From positions 288,001 through 352,000 of the forward strand of contig CAVQSP010000011.1 in NCBI GenBank assembly GCA_963715985.1: a stretch of 64,000 bases of DNA, given 5' to 3'. Source of the stretch: an uncultured Thermoleophilia bacterium (lineage in GTDB: Bacteria > Actinomycetota > Thermoleophilia > UBA2241). Positions 38,633-50,057 of the stretch are shown in pieces. The notes under the pieces were generated by a model that searched no databases, was not told where the DNA came from, and saw only the letters and a list, made by a program, of their open reading frames with translations. The first letter of the stretch is position 1, and each line of letters starts with the position of its first letter. A program made the position numbers and the translations under genes.

Positions 38633-40160
38633 TCAACCGTCCCGGCCGTCATGGACGGGCAGACGCCGCTGGAGGACCGCGAGGGCGTGCATCTGACGGC
38701 TCGTCGCCGGAAACAGCTCCCGGTAGAGACCGTACAGCTCGTCGTAGAGCGCGGCGGTCTCGGGGCGCGGCTCGATGGACTCGGCCTCTCTCACCCACGT
38801 CGTGTCCAGGTCGGCGGCGCCCACGGAAACGGCCGCGAGCAGGGCGTCGCCGACGGCTGCCCCGGCCGCCGCGCCCAGGCGGCGCTGCGGCAGCCCCGTG
38901 ATGTCGCTCACCACGTGCGGCCAGCCGCTGCGAGCGCCGCCCCCGGCCGCACGCAGGGCGCCGATGCGGGCGCCGGCCGCGGCCATGACCTCGAGGTTGT
39001 GCCGCACGGCGAAGCCCGTGCTCTCCACGAGCGCGCGCAGGATGTGACCGCGCCCGTGCTCCACCGTGAGGCCGAGCAGCAGACCTCTGGCCTCGGGGTC
39101 GAACAGCGGCGTGCGCTCACCGTTGAAGTACGGCAGCGCGAGGAGGCCGCCGGCCCCGGGGCCGGCGGCGGCGGCCTCCTCGAACAGCTGCTCCCACGGT
39201 ACGCCGCCGGCGACGTCGCGCAGCCAGGCCGCGAGGGCGCCGGCGGAGCCGATGCCGGCGGCGAGATTGCGCGTGCCGGGTGCGAAGGCGGTCGTGCTCC
39301 ACAGGCCCGGGTCAGGTGCAGCCGGCGTGTCCACCTCCGCCAGGAACATGGTGGTGCCGTACACCAGAAGGGCCTCGCCCGGCGCCCGGAGGCCCGAAGC
39401 CGCGACCTCCGCCCAGGAGTCGACGGTGCCTGAGGCGACCGGGATGCCCTGCGGCAGCCCGGTCGCCGCGGCCGCCTCCACACTCACCGTGCCCAGCACC
39501 TCGTGCGCCCACGCGAGCCGCGGCAGGGTCAGGCCCGGCGCCGCCACGGCCGCCCAGTCGTCCGCCCAGCGGTTCTCGTGCTCGTCGTAGAGAGGCCCGC
39601 ACTGGCTCGCCGAGTGGTGGTCGAGCACGTACTCGCCGGTGAGCCGGTGGACGAGCCACGATCCGGCCGTGAAGAAGCGCCGGGTCTGCTCCCAGGTGCG
39701 CGGCTCGTGGCGCGCCAGCCAGAGCAGCTTGGGGCCGGCGGACTGCGACGTCAGCGGCGACCCGCCGCGCGCCAGGACCTCCGCCGCGCCCAGGCGGGCC
39801 GTCGAGCTCCGCGATCTCGTCCCGGGCGCGCACGTCGATGCCGTACAGGATGGCCGGGCGCAACGGCCGCCCGTCCTCGCCGGCCACGACGACGCACGGC
39901 CCCAGCCCGCTCACGCCCACGGCGCGAACGGCTCCGGCGCCTCCCGGCGCCGCCGCCGTGAGCTCGCGCACGACGCTCACGAGGCCGGCCCACCAGTCCG
40001 TCTCCGGATCCTGCTCGGCCCAGCCGGAGCGAGGGTGGGTGATGCCGTGGACGCTCGCCGCTTCGCACAGCACGTGCCCGTGCGTATCCGCGAGCACGCC
40101 CTTGGTGCTCGACGAGCCGACGTCCACGCCGAGTAGCAGGCCGCTCACGGCAGCGGTCAC
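38633..40160 (-). pseudogene. FGGY-family carbohydrate kinase (xylulokinase-like), frameshifted
   Basis: GVDVGSSSTKG, WAEQD, RPAILYG.D.RA; extra base near 39800, then GPKLLWL, YGTT, PYFNGERTP. Confidence 0.85.
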
Positions 40161-40527
40161 GCGCCCTCCCGTTCTCCGCCAGCCTTCGCGCCACGAGCGC
40201 TCCGAGGCGCCGCGAGCGCAGGCAGCCGCTCGAGATTGTCGCCGAACGGGACTGCGAGGAACGCCAAGCTCTCCGGCATGAGGGCCTCCGCGAGAACGCC
40301 GTGCCGACGTGTGCCGCGGGTCGCGGCCGCCGTCGAGTGCTGCGTACCCACTGCCGCGTCGCTGGAACCGCGCGGGGACCTGCGTCGGCAGGCGCCCGCG
40401 CGCCGCGACGCGTTCGCGCCCGCCCACGATTCGCCGGTGGCGGTCGCGGAGATGCTCCCGCATGAGAGTCGCCGGGCCGGAGCGCGCTGCTCCGCGCCGG
40501 CACCCCAGGACCCGAAGGAGGCCCGAC

Positions 40528-41211
40528 GTGGACGAGCTCGCGCCCCACATCTTCAGCTGGACGGCGCCGCATCCGGAGTACCGGCCGCGCGCCGAAGAGG
40601 TCATCAGCTACGCCCTGATCGACGACGGCGCGCTCGCTCTCGTCGACCCGCTGCTCCCGGCGGACGAGGAGCGCCGGGCGGCGCTGCTCGCCGAGCTCGA
40701 CGAGCTGGCCGGAGCGGCGCAGCGCCTGGAGCTCCTGGTCACCGTCCCTTACCACACACGCAGCAGCGAAGAGCTGTACGGGCGCTTCGCGGGGCCGTTG
40801 CCCGTGCGTCTGTGGGGGCACGCCCTCGTGCGCCGGCGCCTTGTGGCGGGCACGCCGCTCGAGGAGGTCCCGCACGGCGCCGCCGGCACCTGCGCGGACG
40901 TGGCCGGCGGCACGGCGCAGGCGTACACCATCGGCCGGCCGCGGCGCAGCGAGTACCCGCTCTACTTCCCCGCCCTGCGCGCCGTGGTCTTCGGCGACGC
41001 CGTGGTAGGGGCGGAGGGCGGCGTGAGGTTCTGGAACCTGAGCGCGGGCACCGGCGCGGACTGGTACCGCGACGTCTTCGCGCCCACGCTCGCGCCGCTG
41101 GCGGCGCGCGACGTGGAGTACGTGCTCGTCACCCATGGGCCCCCGGTGCTGAAGGACGGGCGGCGAGCGCTCGCCGAGTGCCTCGCCGCCCCACCGGTCG
41201 ACATGTACTGA
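40528..41211 (+). CDS. MBL-fold-like hypothetical protein
   Basis: AAGGAGG RBS plus GTG; LVDP, T..YHTRS, VFGD, VTHG. Confidence 0.7.
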   Translation: MDELAPHIFSWTAPHPEYRPRAEEVISYALIDDGALALVDPLLPADEERRAALLAELDELAGAAQRLELLVTVPYHTRSSEELYGRFAGPLPVRLWGHALVRRRLVAGTPLEEVPHGAAGTCADVAGGTAQAYTIGRPRRSEYPLYFPALRAVVFGDAVVGAEGGVRFWNLSAGTGADWYRDVFAPTLAPLAARDVEYVLVTHGPPVLKDGRRALAECLAAPPVDMY

Positions 41212-41308
41212 ACCGAGCCGGGCCCGGCCGGCACTGCATCACGATGCCGGGCGCGACAGGCTCGGCCGGCGCCCGTCCGCTCCCCAGAGCCGGCCCGCGC
41301 CGCAGGGC

Positions 41309-43030
41309 TCAGCCGGCCGCGCGCTTCGCCTCCCGCCACTTGCGGTACTCGGAGCGCACGAGACTGCCGAAGAGCCAGCACACGCTCAGGAGGGCGGCGA
41401 GCAGCACGACCCGGGCGCCGAACTGCTCGAAGCGCGACAATCCGGGACGTCCCACAAGCAGCGCCGCCCCGAGGATCAGCGCGGAGACGATGAGCGCGTA
41501 CGCGATCAGAGAGAAACCCGCCTGCACACGCTCCATGAGCCCGGCGTACTCGGTCGGGCGCACGGAGATGCGGAACTCGCCCTCTCCGGCGCGCCGCAGC
41601 ACGCGGGTGGCCTGCACCGGCAGGTCGTCGAAGAAGCGCGCGTAGGCGCGCGCCGAGCGCAACGTCGCCTTGAAGATGCGGTCCGGGCCGAACTGCTGCG
41701 GGACGAGCTTCTTGGCGAAGGGCTTGGCGGCGTCGACCATGCGGAAGCCCGGGTCGATCTGCGCGGCGACACCGTCCAGCATGCCCAGCGTCGTCAGCAG
41801 CACCGTGAGCTCGGTGGGCAGGTGCAGCTGGTGTTCGCGGACAAGGGTGAGCAGCCGCTGCACCAGGTCGTCGAGGCCGCCCCCGGAACCCTGGCTGCGC
41901 CGGTACAGGGCGAGCAGGCGTCCCAGCTCCACTTCGAGCTTCGCCACGTCGACCTCCGGCGGCATGCCGGTCATGGCCAGTACGGCCTCGGTGGCCGCGC
42001 GCGGGTCTTCGTCGAACACGGCGAGGAGCATGTCGAACACCGCCTCGCGGTTGCGCCGCGACACTCTCGCCGTGCGGCCGAAGTCGACAAAGGCGATGCG
42101 CCCGTCGAGCAGAGCGAACAGGTTCCCGGCGTGCGGGTCGGCGTGGTAGAAGCCCAGCTCGAAGATCTGGCGGAAGTAGCTGGAGACGCCGAGCTCCACG
42201 AGGCGCTCGCGGTCCACGCCGGGAACGTCGCCCTCTTCAAGCTGCGTCGCCGGTACGCCGTCGATGAAGGTCATCGTGAGCACACGGCCAGAGGAGTGGT
42301 CCCAGAAGACCTCCGGGAAGACGATGGTCGTGTCGTCGGCGAAGGCGTCCCGGAAGCGGTCCATGGCCTGGCCTTCGTGCGTGTAGTCGAGCTCCGAGCG
42401 CAGCACGTCGGCGAACTCCTGCGTCAGCGCCGCCACGTCGTAATCCTTGCCCCACTGCGTGTGCGCGGTGACGCGCCGCCCCAGGTCCACGAGGATCTCG
42501 AGGTCGATCTCCATGGTCTCGGTGACGCCGGGGCGCTGGACCTTGACGGCCACCGGCGTGCCGTCGCGCAGCGTGGCCCGGTACACCTGGCCGATGCTCG
42601 CGGCGGCGATGGGGGTCGTGTCGAACGAAGCGTAGAGCTCCTCCACCGGCGCCCCGAGCTCCGTCTCCACCCGCGCGCGCATCTCCTCCCAGGACAGCGT
42701 GGGAACGTCGTCCTGCAGCTTGGCGAGCTCGACGGCGAGGTCCGGTGTCACGAGGTCGCGGCGCGTGGCCAGGACCTGCCCCATCTTGATGAACGCCGGG
42801 CCCAAACGCTCGAGCGCCCGGCGGATGCGCACGGCGCGGGGGAGGTCCTTCTCCTTGACCGAGGGGTCGTCCTCCATGGGCACGGCCCCCTCCGGAACGT
42901 GCTCCTCGAGGCCCGAGCCCTGCATGAGGTTGAAGACGCGCTCCTCCCAGAGCACCTTGGCGATCTCGCGGTAGCGCGCCCGGCGGCGGGCGCCGCGGCT
43001 GCCGGCGGGGTGCGCGTCCTGGTCCGTCAT
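41309..43030 (-). CDS. ABC1/AarF/UbiB-family atypical kinase
   Basis: [42 protein letters not shown]; two C-terminal TM helices. Confidence 0.92.
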   Translation of the reverse strand: MTDQDAHPAGSRGARRRARYREIAKVLWEERVFNLMQGSGLEEHVPEGAVPMEDDPSVKEKDLPRAVRIRRALERLGPAFIKMGQVLATRRDLVTPDLAVELAKLQDDVPTLSWEEMRARVETELGAPVEELYASFDTTPIAAASIGQVYRATLRDGTPVAVKVQRPGVTETMEIDLEILVDLGRRVTAHTQWGKDYDVAALTQEFADVLRSELDYTHEGQAMDRFRDAFADDTTIVFPEVFWDHSSGRVLTMTFIDGVPATQLEEGDVPGVDRERLVELGVSSYFRQIFELGFYHADPHAGNLFALLDGRIAFVDFGRTARVSRRNREAVFDMLLAVFDEDPRAATEAVLAMTGMPPEVDVAKLEVELGRLLALYRRSQGSGGGLDDLVQRLLTLVREHQLHLPTELTVLLTTLGMLDGVAAQIDPGFRMVDAAKPFAKKLVPQQFGPDRIFKATLRSARAYARFFDDLPVQATRVLRRAGEGEFRISVRPTEYAGLMERVQAGFSLIAYALIVSALILGAALLVGRPGLSRFEQFGARVVLLAALLSVCWLFGSLVRSEYRKWREAKRAAG

Positions 43031-43134
43031 GCGTCCTCCCTTCGGCGGCGGGCAGCGCCCGCCGCACGAACCTGTCTGGGCAGGGTATTCCTCGCACCCG
43101 CGGCCCGTCCCTGCCGGAAGCGGCCACAGGCGAC

Positions 43135-43178
43135 TTTCAGCGACTTCTCAGCGACTTCTCAGGAAGTGCGCGTATCAT
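43135..43178 (+). promoter_or_regulatory. OmpR/MprA-type direct-repeat box and promoter of the two-component system
   Basis: TTTCAG-N5-TCTCAG-N5-TCTCAG (43135-43162), -10 TATCAT at 43173. Confidence 0.65.
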
Positions 43179-43222
43179 GCGGATGCAGCAGTGCACACGG
43201 CCGCACACGCAGGGGGCACCAG

Positions 43223-43930
43223 ATGATCGATCAGGGGGACCAGACGACCGCCCGCATCCTCGTCGTGGACGACGAGCAGAGCATCACCGACCTCGTCTCC
43301 ATGGCGCTCCGCTACGAGCACTTCGCCGTGCAGGTCGCGCACGGCGGCCGCGAGGCCCTGGACGCCGTCGAAGAGTTCTCGCCGGAACTGGTGGTGCTGG
43401 ACATCATGATGCCGGGCATCGACGGCTTCGAGGTGGCGCGGCGCCTGCGCAACAGCGCCGCGCACATCCCCGTCCTCTTCCTCACCGCGCGCGACGCCAC
43501 CGAGGACAAGGTGCGAGGGCTCACCCTGGGCGGCGACGACTACATGACCAAGCCGTTCAGCGTGGAGGAGCTCGTGGCGCGCATCCGCGCCATCCTTCGT
43601 CGCGTGCAGCCGTCCGAGGCGGCCAGGGGCAGCCTGGTGGTCGCCGACCTCGAGCTCGACGAGGACACCCACGAGGTGCGCCGCGCCGACCAGGACATCG
43701 AGCTCACCGCCACCGAGTTCAAGCTGCTGCGCTACCTCATGCTCAACGCCCGCCGCGTGCTCAGCAAGGATCAGATCCTCGACCACGTGTGGAACTACGA
43801 CTTCGGCGGCAACGCCAACATCGTGGAGACCTACGTGAGCTACCTGCGGCGCAAGATCGACAGCCTGGGACCGCCGCTGATCCACACGGTGCGCGGCGTC
43901 GGGTACACCGTGCGTGCGCCGCGGGAGTGA
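43223..43930 (+). CDS. OmpR/PhoP-family response regulator
   Basis: LVVDDE, LDIMMP..DG, FLTA, DDYMTKPFS, TVRGVGY. Confidence 0.95.
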   Translation: MIDQGDQTTARILVVDDEQSITDLVSMALRYEHFAVQVAHGGREALDAVEEFSPELVVLDIMMPGIDGFEVARRLRNSAAHIPVLFLTARDATEDKVRGLTLGGDDYMTKPFSVEELVARIRAILRRVQPSEAARGSLVVADLELDEDTHEVRRADQDIELTATEFKLLRYLMLNARRVLSKDQILDHVWNYDFGGNANIVETYVSYLRRKIDSLGPPLIHTVRGVGYTVRAPRE

Positions 43931-43981
43931 CGTGAGCCGGCGACGCACAGACGGCGCGAAGCGCCGCAGCGGAGCCGCATC

Positions 43982-45403
<1,422 letters not shown>

Positions 45404-45500
45404 CAGCACACGCGGCCGGCGCGGCCGGGCGCTTCGCCTGCGACGGACCCGCATCGGGTCGTCGCCCCAGGCGCGACCACGACGCCTGCTTCCAGAAGGG

Positions 45501-46637
45501 CTATCCGCCGACGGTGGCGCGCCGCAGAGCACGCGCAGCTTCGGTCGTCTTCGCCCCGAGCCCGGGAAACGCCCGCAGAACCATCTCCACCAGACGGTCG
45601 GGTGAACGTGTGAGCGCGTCCGTGGCGGGAATGCCGAGCTCGAACTCGTACAGGATGATCGCCGCGCTGACCTCGGCGTCGGTCATGTCCTCATGGTTGA
45701 TGGCGAGCCCGATCACCTTCGTGGCCGCGAAGGTCTGGATGAGGTGGATCTCGCTGGCCGGCGTCGGTGTCGGCATGTCGGGGAAGTCGCCCAGCATGCG
45801 ACGCGCCGGCGCGTGCTGCAGGATGACGGCGTCCGGCCGACTGCCTCGCAGGATGAAGCTCGAGGTGAGGTAGGCGGGGTGACTCAGGGCACCTTGCCCC
45901 TCGATGATGATCACATCGGGGTGCTCGGCCTCGAAAGCCTCCACGACCGCGCCTTCCATCTCGCCCGAGCAGAACTGGCACGGGATGGCGTCGAGCGCCA
46001 CGCCGTAGCGAGCGCCCTGGATGAGCCCGGTCTGCCCTGTGCCGACCATGACCGCCTTGATATCGCGCTCGCCCAGGGCCTGCGTGAGCACCGTGGCCGT
46101 GGTGCGCTTGCCGATGGCGCCGTCGGTGCCGAGCACGGCGATGCGGGGGCAGGTGACCGTGGCGATGCTGCCCGTGAACATGCGCAGGTCCTTCTTCTCG
46201 CGGGGGCGGCGCACGTCCAGGATCCTGACGCCGTGCGCCGTCTTGGCGGCCGCGAACTCGGGGTCGTCGTTCAGAAACTCGTGCAGGCCGTTGACGATGT
46301 GCATCCCCCGTGCCATCGCGTCGAGCACGACGCCGCGTTCGAGCGGGGAGAGCATCCCGCTGAGCGGCGCCATCCCGAGGATGAAGAAGCCGGGCACGCG
46401 GCCGGCACGAGCGATCGCGTCCGCCAGATCGGCGCAGACGGGGATCCCGTTCGGCCTGTCATCGAGGACCGCGCCGGCGTCGAGCCCCGCCTTCTCACTG
46501 TCGATCACCGCGAGGATCGCGTACTTCTCGGAATGGCGCACGAGACCATTGGCGGTCTTGCCGTCCATGGCGCCGAAGTTCGCTTCGCAATAGACGACCG
46601 CGGTACTCGCGAGCCGGCTGGTCGAGGCTGGGGGCAT
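45501..46637 (-). CDS. DUF1611 (DgcN-like) P-loop protein
   Basis: GKTANGLVR, NGLH.FL, GTD.A.GKRTT, TGQTG, EGQGAL.HP. Confidence 0.85.
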   Translation of the reverse strand: MPPASTSRLASTAVVYCEANFGAMDGKTANGLVRHSEKYAILAVIDSEKAGLDAGAVLDDRPNGIPVCADLADAIARAGRVPGFFILGMAPLSGMLSPLERGVVLDAMARGMHIVNGLHEFLNDDPEFAAAKTAHGVRILDVRRPREKKDLRMFTGSIATVTCPRIAVLGTDGAIGKRTTATVLTQALGERDIKAVMVGTGQTGLIQGARYGVALDAIPCQFCSGEMEGAVVEAFEAEHPDVIIIEGQGALSHPAYLTSSFILRGSRPDAVILQHAPARRMLGDFPDMPTPTPASEIHLIQTFAATKVIGLAINHEDMTDAEVSAAIILYEFELGIPATDALTRSPDRLVEMVLRAFPGLGAKTTEAARALRRATVGG

Positions 46638-46683
46638 GACACTCCTTTGGACGGGGCCGGATGAGGAAGGGGGCCCGCTCAAC

Positions 46684-47427
46684 TCATGATGCCGGCTCCG
46701 CCGGTCGGGGCCTCCGGCCGCCGTCGAAGGACGGCGTGACGTGCAGGAGGTCGGAGACGTCGAGACCCTCGATGAAGGTCAGTCCGCCGCGGCGCTGGAA
46801 CAGGCGCGCCCGGCCGGTGACCACGGCCCTCTCGCCGCTCACTCGCAGCCACGAGCCCTCGTACAGGGCCAGCACCGGGCAGTCGTTCTCCTCCAGGAAC
46901 TCCGTGATGCGCTCTGCCCTGGTCTCGCCCATGAACGTGGAGGCCGGATCGGCATCGACGTAGTGGAGATTGATCTGGAACGGCACCAGACCGAGGGCCG
47001 CGAAGCTCGGCGGCCGGCAGATCGGCATGTCGTTGGTGGTGCGGATCGTGGGGCAGGCGACGTTCGTGCCGGCGGAGGCGCCCACGTAGCGGGTGGCGCC
47101 CGCGCGCACGCGGCGGCCCAACTCCTCGACCACGCCGAGAGCGTAGAGGGAGTCGAGCAGCCGAAACGTGTTCCCGCCCCCCATCATCACGACGTCCGCG
47201 GAGAGGATCGCCCGATCGGGTGCGGTGGAGCGGTGCGCCGAGACGACGTCGATGTCGAAGGCGCCGAGGGCAGCCGTGGCTCTGTCGGCGTAGTCGTCCC
47301 AGTCCGCCAGCGCGTACGGGACGAACGTCACCGCGGCGCCCGCCGACACGCCGGCGAAGGCCTCTGCCGCATGCGAGAACATGCTGCCGCCGTAGTTGGT
47401 GGAGTTCGAGAGCAGGAGGAGCTCCAT
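46684..47427 (-). CDS. pepE: Alpha-aspartyl dipeptidase (peptidase E, S51)
   Basis: LLLLSNST, FVPYA, GGGNTF.LL, G.SAG.N, TTNDMPI, GETR..RI.EF. Confidence 0.9.
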   Translation of the reverse strand: MELLLLSNSTNYGGSMFSHAAEAFAGVSAGAAVTFVPYALADWDDYADRATAALGAFDIDVVSAHRSTAPDRAILSADVVMMGGGNTFRLLDSLYALGVVEELGRRVRAGATRYVGASAGTNVACPTIRTTNDMPICRPPSFAALGLVPFQINLHYVDADPASTFMGETRAERITEFLEENDCPVLALYEGSWLRVSGERAVVTGRARLFQRRGGLTFIEGLDVSDLLHVTPSFDGGRRPRPAEPAS

Positions 47428-47617
47428 GCTCGCCATTCTGGTCGGCCGGCCCGTGAGGCGATCATGAGCAAGCAGTTGCTGAGCCCGCGGGCCGACCGTC
47501 TGGTCCGCGGCGAGGGGATGACGCGTCGGAGAGAAGCGACACGTGAGACATCCAGAGTGGCAGGTCGGTGGCTTCGGGTCAACGTTGCGGACGACAACGG
47601 TGTAGCCCCGGCCCGGC

Positions 47618-47660
47618 TTGAGCAACGTCAAGACTGGCCGCCGTGGAGCGGTGGTACGAT
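47618..47660 (+). promoter_or_regulatory. CRP/FNR-family box and -10 of the DUF438 gene
   Basis: TTGAGCAACGTCAA (TTGA-N6-TCAA) centred about 42 bp before the inferred start site; -10 TACGAT at 47655-47660. Confidence 0.55.
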
Positions 47661-47695
47661 GCGCTCAGCGATAATCCCAACCAATGGAGTCGGGT

Positions 47696-49228
47696 ATGAC
47701 CACCGCGCCGGAACCTCTCACCCTCACCCCCAAGACCACCATCCACACGCTGCTCAAGCAGTATCCCTTCCTCCTGGACTTCCTCGCGGAGTACCACCCG
47801 GAGTTCAAGAAGCTGACCAACCCGGTGCTGCGCCGAACGGTGGGCCGCATGGCGACGCTCGACGCGGTGGCGGAGCAGGGCAACGTGCCGCTCAACCGGC
47901 TCATCGACGACATCGCGGGGGAGATCGAGAAGCAGACCGGCGTGCGGCCGCCGGTGGCCGACGTGGCCGACGCCAGGACGATCGACCCGGCACGGCTGGA
48001 GGCGCTGCACCAGATCGTCATGGACCTGCATGCCGGCAAGACCGTGGACGAGGTCAAGCCCGCCTTCGAGGAGCTCATCGCCGACGTGGAAGCCACCGAG
48101 ATCGCCGCCATGGAGCAGGCGCTCATCGAGGGCGGCGTGCCCGACAGCGAGGTCAAGCGCCTCTGCGACGTGCACGTGCAGGTGTTCGCGGACGCGCTCG
48201 AGGGCCACGAGCCGGTGCACGCCCCGGCCGGCCACCCCATGGACACCTTCCAGCGCGAGAACCAGGCGCTCATGCAGGTCACGGCCTCGCTGCGCAAGGT
48301 GGCCGAGGCGGTGGGCGAGCCCCCGGACGGAGCCGTCTGGGCGCGCCTCAAGGACGCCCTCGCCGGCACCGTGGAACGGCTCGCCGAGGTAGACAAGCAC
48401 TACCTGCGCAAGGAGAACCAGCTCTTCCCCTTCCTCGAGGAGCACGGCGTGGAGGGCCCGAGCAAGGTGATGTGGGCGATCCACGACGATATCCGCGCCC
48501 TCATCAAGCAGGCCCGGGCCACCATCGCCGCCGACGACGCGGCGCTCGCCGTGAGCACCTGCCTCGCGCTCGCCAAGATGGCCGACGACATGGTGAGCAA
48601 GGAGGAGAAGGTCCTCCACCCCATGGCGATGGACACGCTCAGCCCGGGAGAGTGGGCCGCCATCCGCGCCGGCGAGGCGGAGATCGGCTATGCCTTCATC
48701 GCCGAGGTGCCGGACTGGCCGGCGCTGGGCGGCGCAACAGATACCGGTGCGGCGGCGGGCGCGGCGCAGGCCGGCGCCGCAGGCGCCCCGGCCGGAGCGG
48801 CTGCGCCCGCCGGCCTCACGCCCGCCGGCCTCCTCGACGTGAAGACGGGCCAGCTCAGCCTCGAGCAACTGAACATGATCCTCACCGCCCTCCCCATCGA
48901 CTTCCAGTACGTCGACGAGCACGACCGCGTGCGCTACTACAGCGAGGGCGAGCGGATCTTCCCGCGCAGCCCCGGCGTGATCGGGCGCAAGGTGCAGAAC
49001 TGCCACCCGCCGGCCAGCGTCCACAAGGTGCAGCAGATCCTCGACGCCTTCCGCGCCGGCGAGAAGGACACCGCCGAGTTCTGGATCGAGATGCAGGGCA
49101 AGTTCCTGCACATCCGCTACTTCGCCATCCACGACGCGGGCGGCGCCTACCGCGGCGTCCTCGAGACCGTGCAGGACGGCACGGCGATCCGGGCGCTCCA
49201 GGGCCAGCGCCGCCTGCTCGACTGGTGA
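47696..49228 (+). CDS. DUF438-domain protein (DUF1858-DUF438-hemerythrin-PAS)
   Basis: L.NPVLRRT, EI..MEQ.LI, LCDVH, GHP..TF..EN, HY.RKENQLFP.LE, VMW..HD, GRKVQNCHPP.S. Confidence 0.9.
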   Translation: MTTAPEPLTLTPKTTIHTLLKQYPFLLDFLAEYHPEFKKLTNPVLRRTVGRMATLDAVAEQGNVPLNRLIDDIAGEIEKQTGVRPPVADVADARTIDPARLEALHQIVMDLHAGKTVDEVKPAFEELIADVEATEIAAMEQALIEGGVPDSEVKRLCDVHVQVFADALEGHEPVHAPAGHPMDTFQRENQALMQVTASLRKVAEAVGEPPDGAVWARLKDALAGTVERLAEVDKHYLRKENQLFPFLEEHGVEGPSKVMWAIHDDIRALIKQARATIAADDAALAVSTCLALAKMADDMVSKEEKVLHPMAMDTLSPGEWAAIRAGEAEIGYAFIAEVPDWPALGGATDTGAAAGAAQAGAAGAPAGAAAPAGLTPAGLLDVKTGQLSLEQLNMILTALPIDFQYVDEHDRVRYYSEGERIFPRSPGVIGRKVQNCHPPASVHKVQQILDAFRAGEKDTAEFWIEMQGKFLHIRYFAIHDAGGAYRGVLETVQDGTAIRALQGQRRLLDW

Positions 49229-49359
49229 CTCCGCGCGGCGGGCGGGGCGACGGCCGCCGCCCCGCCCGCCGCGCGCCCGCAGCTGGTCCGCGTGGGCACG
49301 TGCCCGTGGTGAGATAGCATGGTCCGCGGCACGGCCCCATCGACGAGAGGCGGCACCAC

Positions 49360-49752
49360 ATGTACTTCCAGCGCGGCACGCTGACGCCCGAACAGATGCG
49401 GCTGGTCCTGCGCGACCTGCCCGTCGACATCAGCTTCGCCGACGAGAACGACGTGCTCGTCTACTGGAGCGGCCAGACCTACAAGACCTGCGACCCCCGA
49501 TACATCGGCCGCGACATGCGCGACTGCCACCCGGAGGACTCCCTGGGAGTGTTGGAGGAGATCCTGCGCGAGTTCAAGGCGGGTACGAAGGACGTGGCCG
49601 AGAAGTGGGGGCAGGACGGCAAGCGCTTCAAGCACACACGCTACCGTGCGATCCGTGACGACGCCGGTGCCTACAAGGGCATCCTCGAGGTCAACCAGGA
49701 GGTCTCGGCCCTGCAGGCGCTGACCGGCGAGCAGGGCCTCCCGGGTTGGTGA
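49360..49752 (+). CDS. Stand-alone PAS (PAS_10-like) domain protein
   Basis: LPVDISFADE.D, IGR..RDCHP, Y.G.LEV.Q; paralogous to the C-terminus of the upstream gene. Confidence 0.85.
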   Translation: MYFQRGTLTPEQMRLVLRDLPVDISFADENDVLVYWSGQTYKTCDPRYIGRDMRDCHPEDSLGVLEEILREFKAGTKDVAEKWGQDGKRFKHTRYRAIRDDAGAYKGILEVNQEVSALQALTGEQGLPGW

Positions 49753-50042
49753 GCCTCGTGTACGCCGCACCCGTCACGCTCATCGCCGCGACCTTCGCGA
49801 GCTGGACGCTGGTCCTGCTGATCGTGGCCGGGGTGCTCGGAGTCGCCCTGGGGCACACCCTGCGCACGTGGCGCTACAAGAAGCTGCAGCAGAAGAAGGC
49901 GGCGGCTGCCGCGGCGAAGAAGCCGAGCGGTGCGCAGGCGGCGCCCAAGAGGACGGGCGGCTCGAAGAGCGCGTCCGCGAGGACCGCGTCGAAGAAGTCG
50001 CGGCCGCGCACGCCGCCGCCCGGCAAGACGAAGAAGAGCTAG
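49749..50042 (+). CDS. Small membrane protein with Lys-rich tail
   Basis: GTGA overlap with the upstream stop; N-terminal TM helix; basic tail. Confidence 0.6.
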   Translation: MSLVYAAPVTLIAATFASWTLVLLIVAGVLGVALGHTLRTWRYKKLQQKKAAAAAAKKPSGAQAAPKRTGGSKSASARTASKKSRPRTPPPGKTKKS

Positions 50043-50057
50043 CCGCGGGCCGCGCCG

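Noticed and set aside
40157-40351. 64-aa ORF overlapping the FGGY kinase start
   Set aside because: No clear RBS, no motif and weak codon bias; it may be a remnant but I cannot support it.
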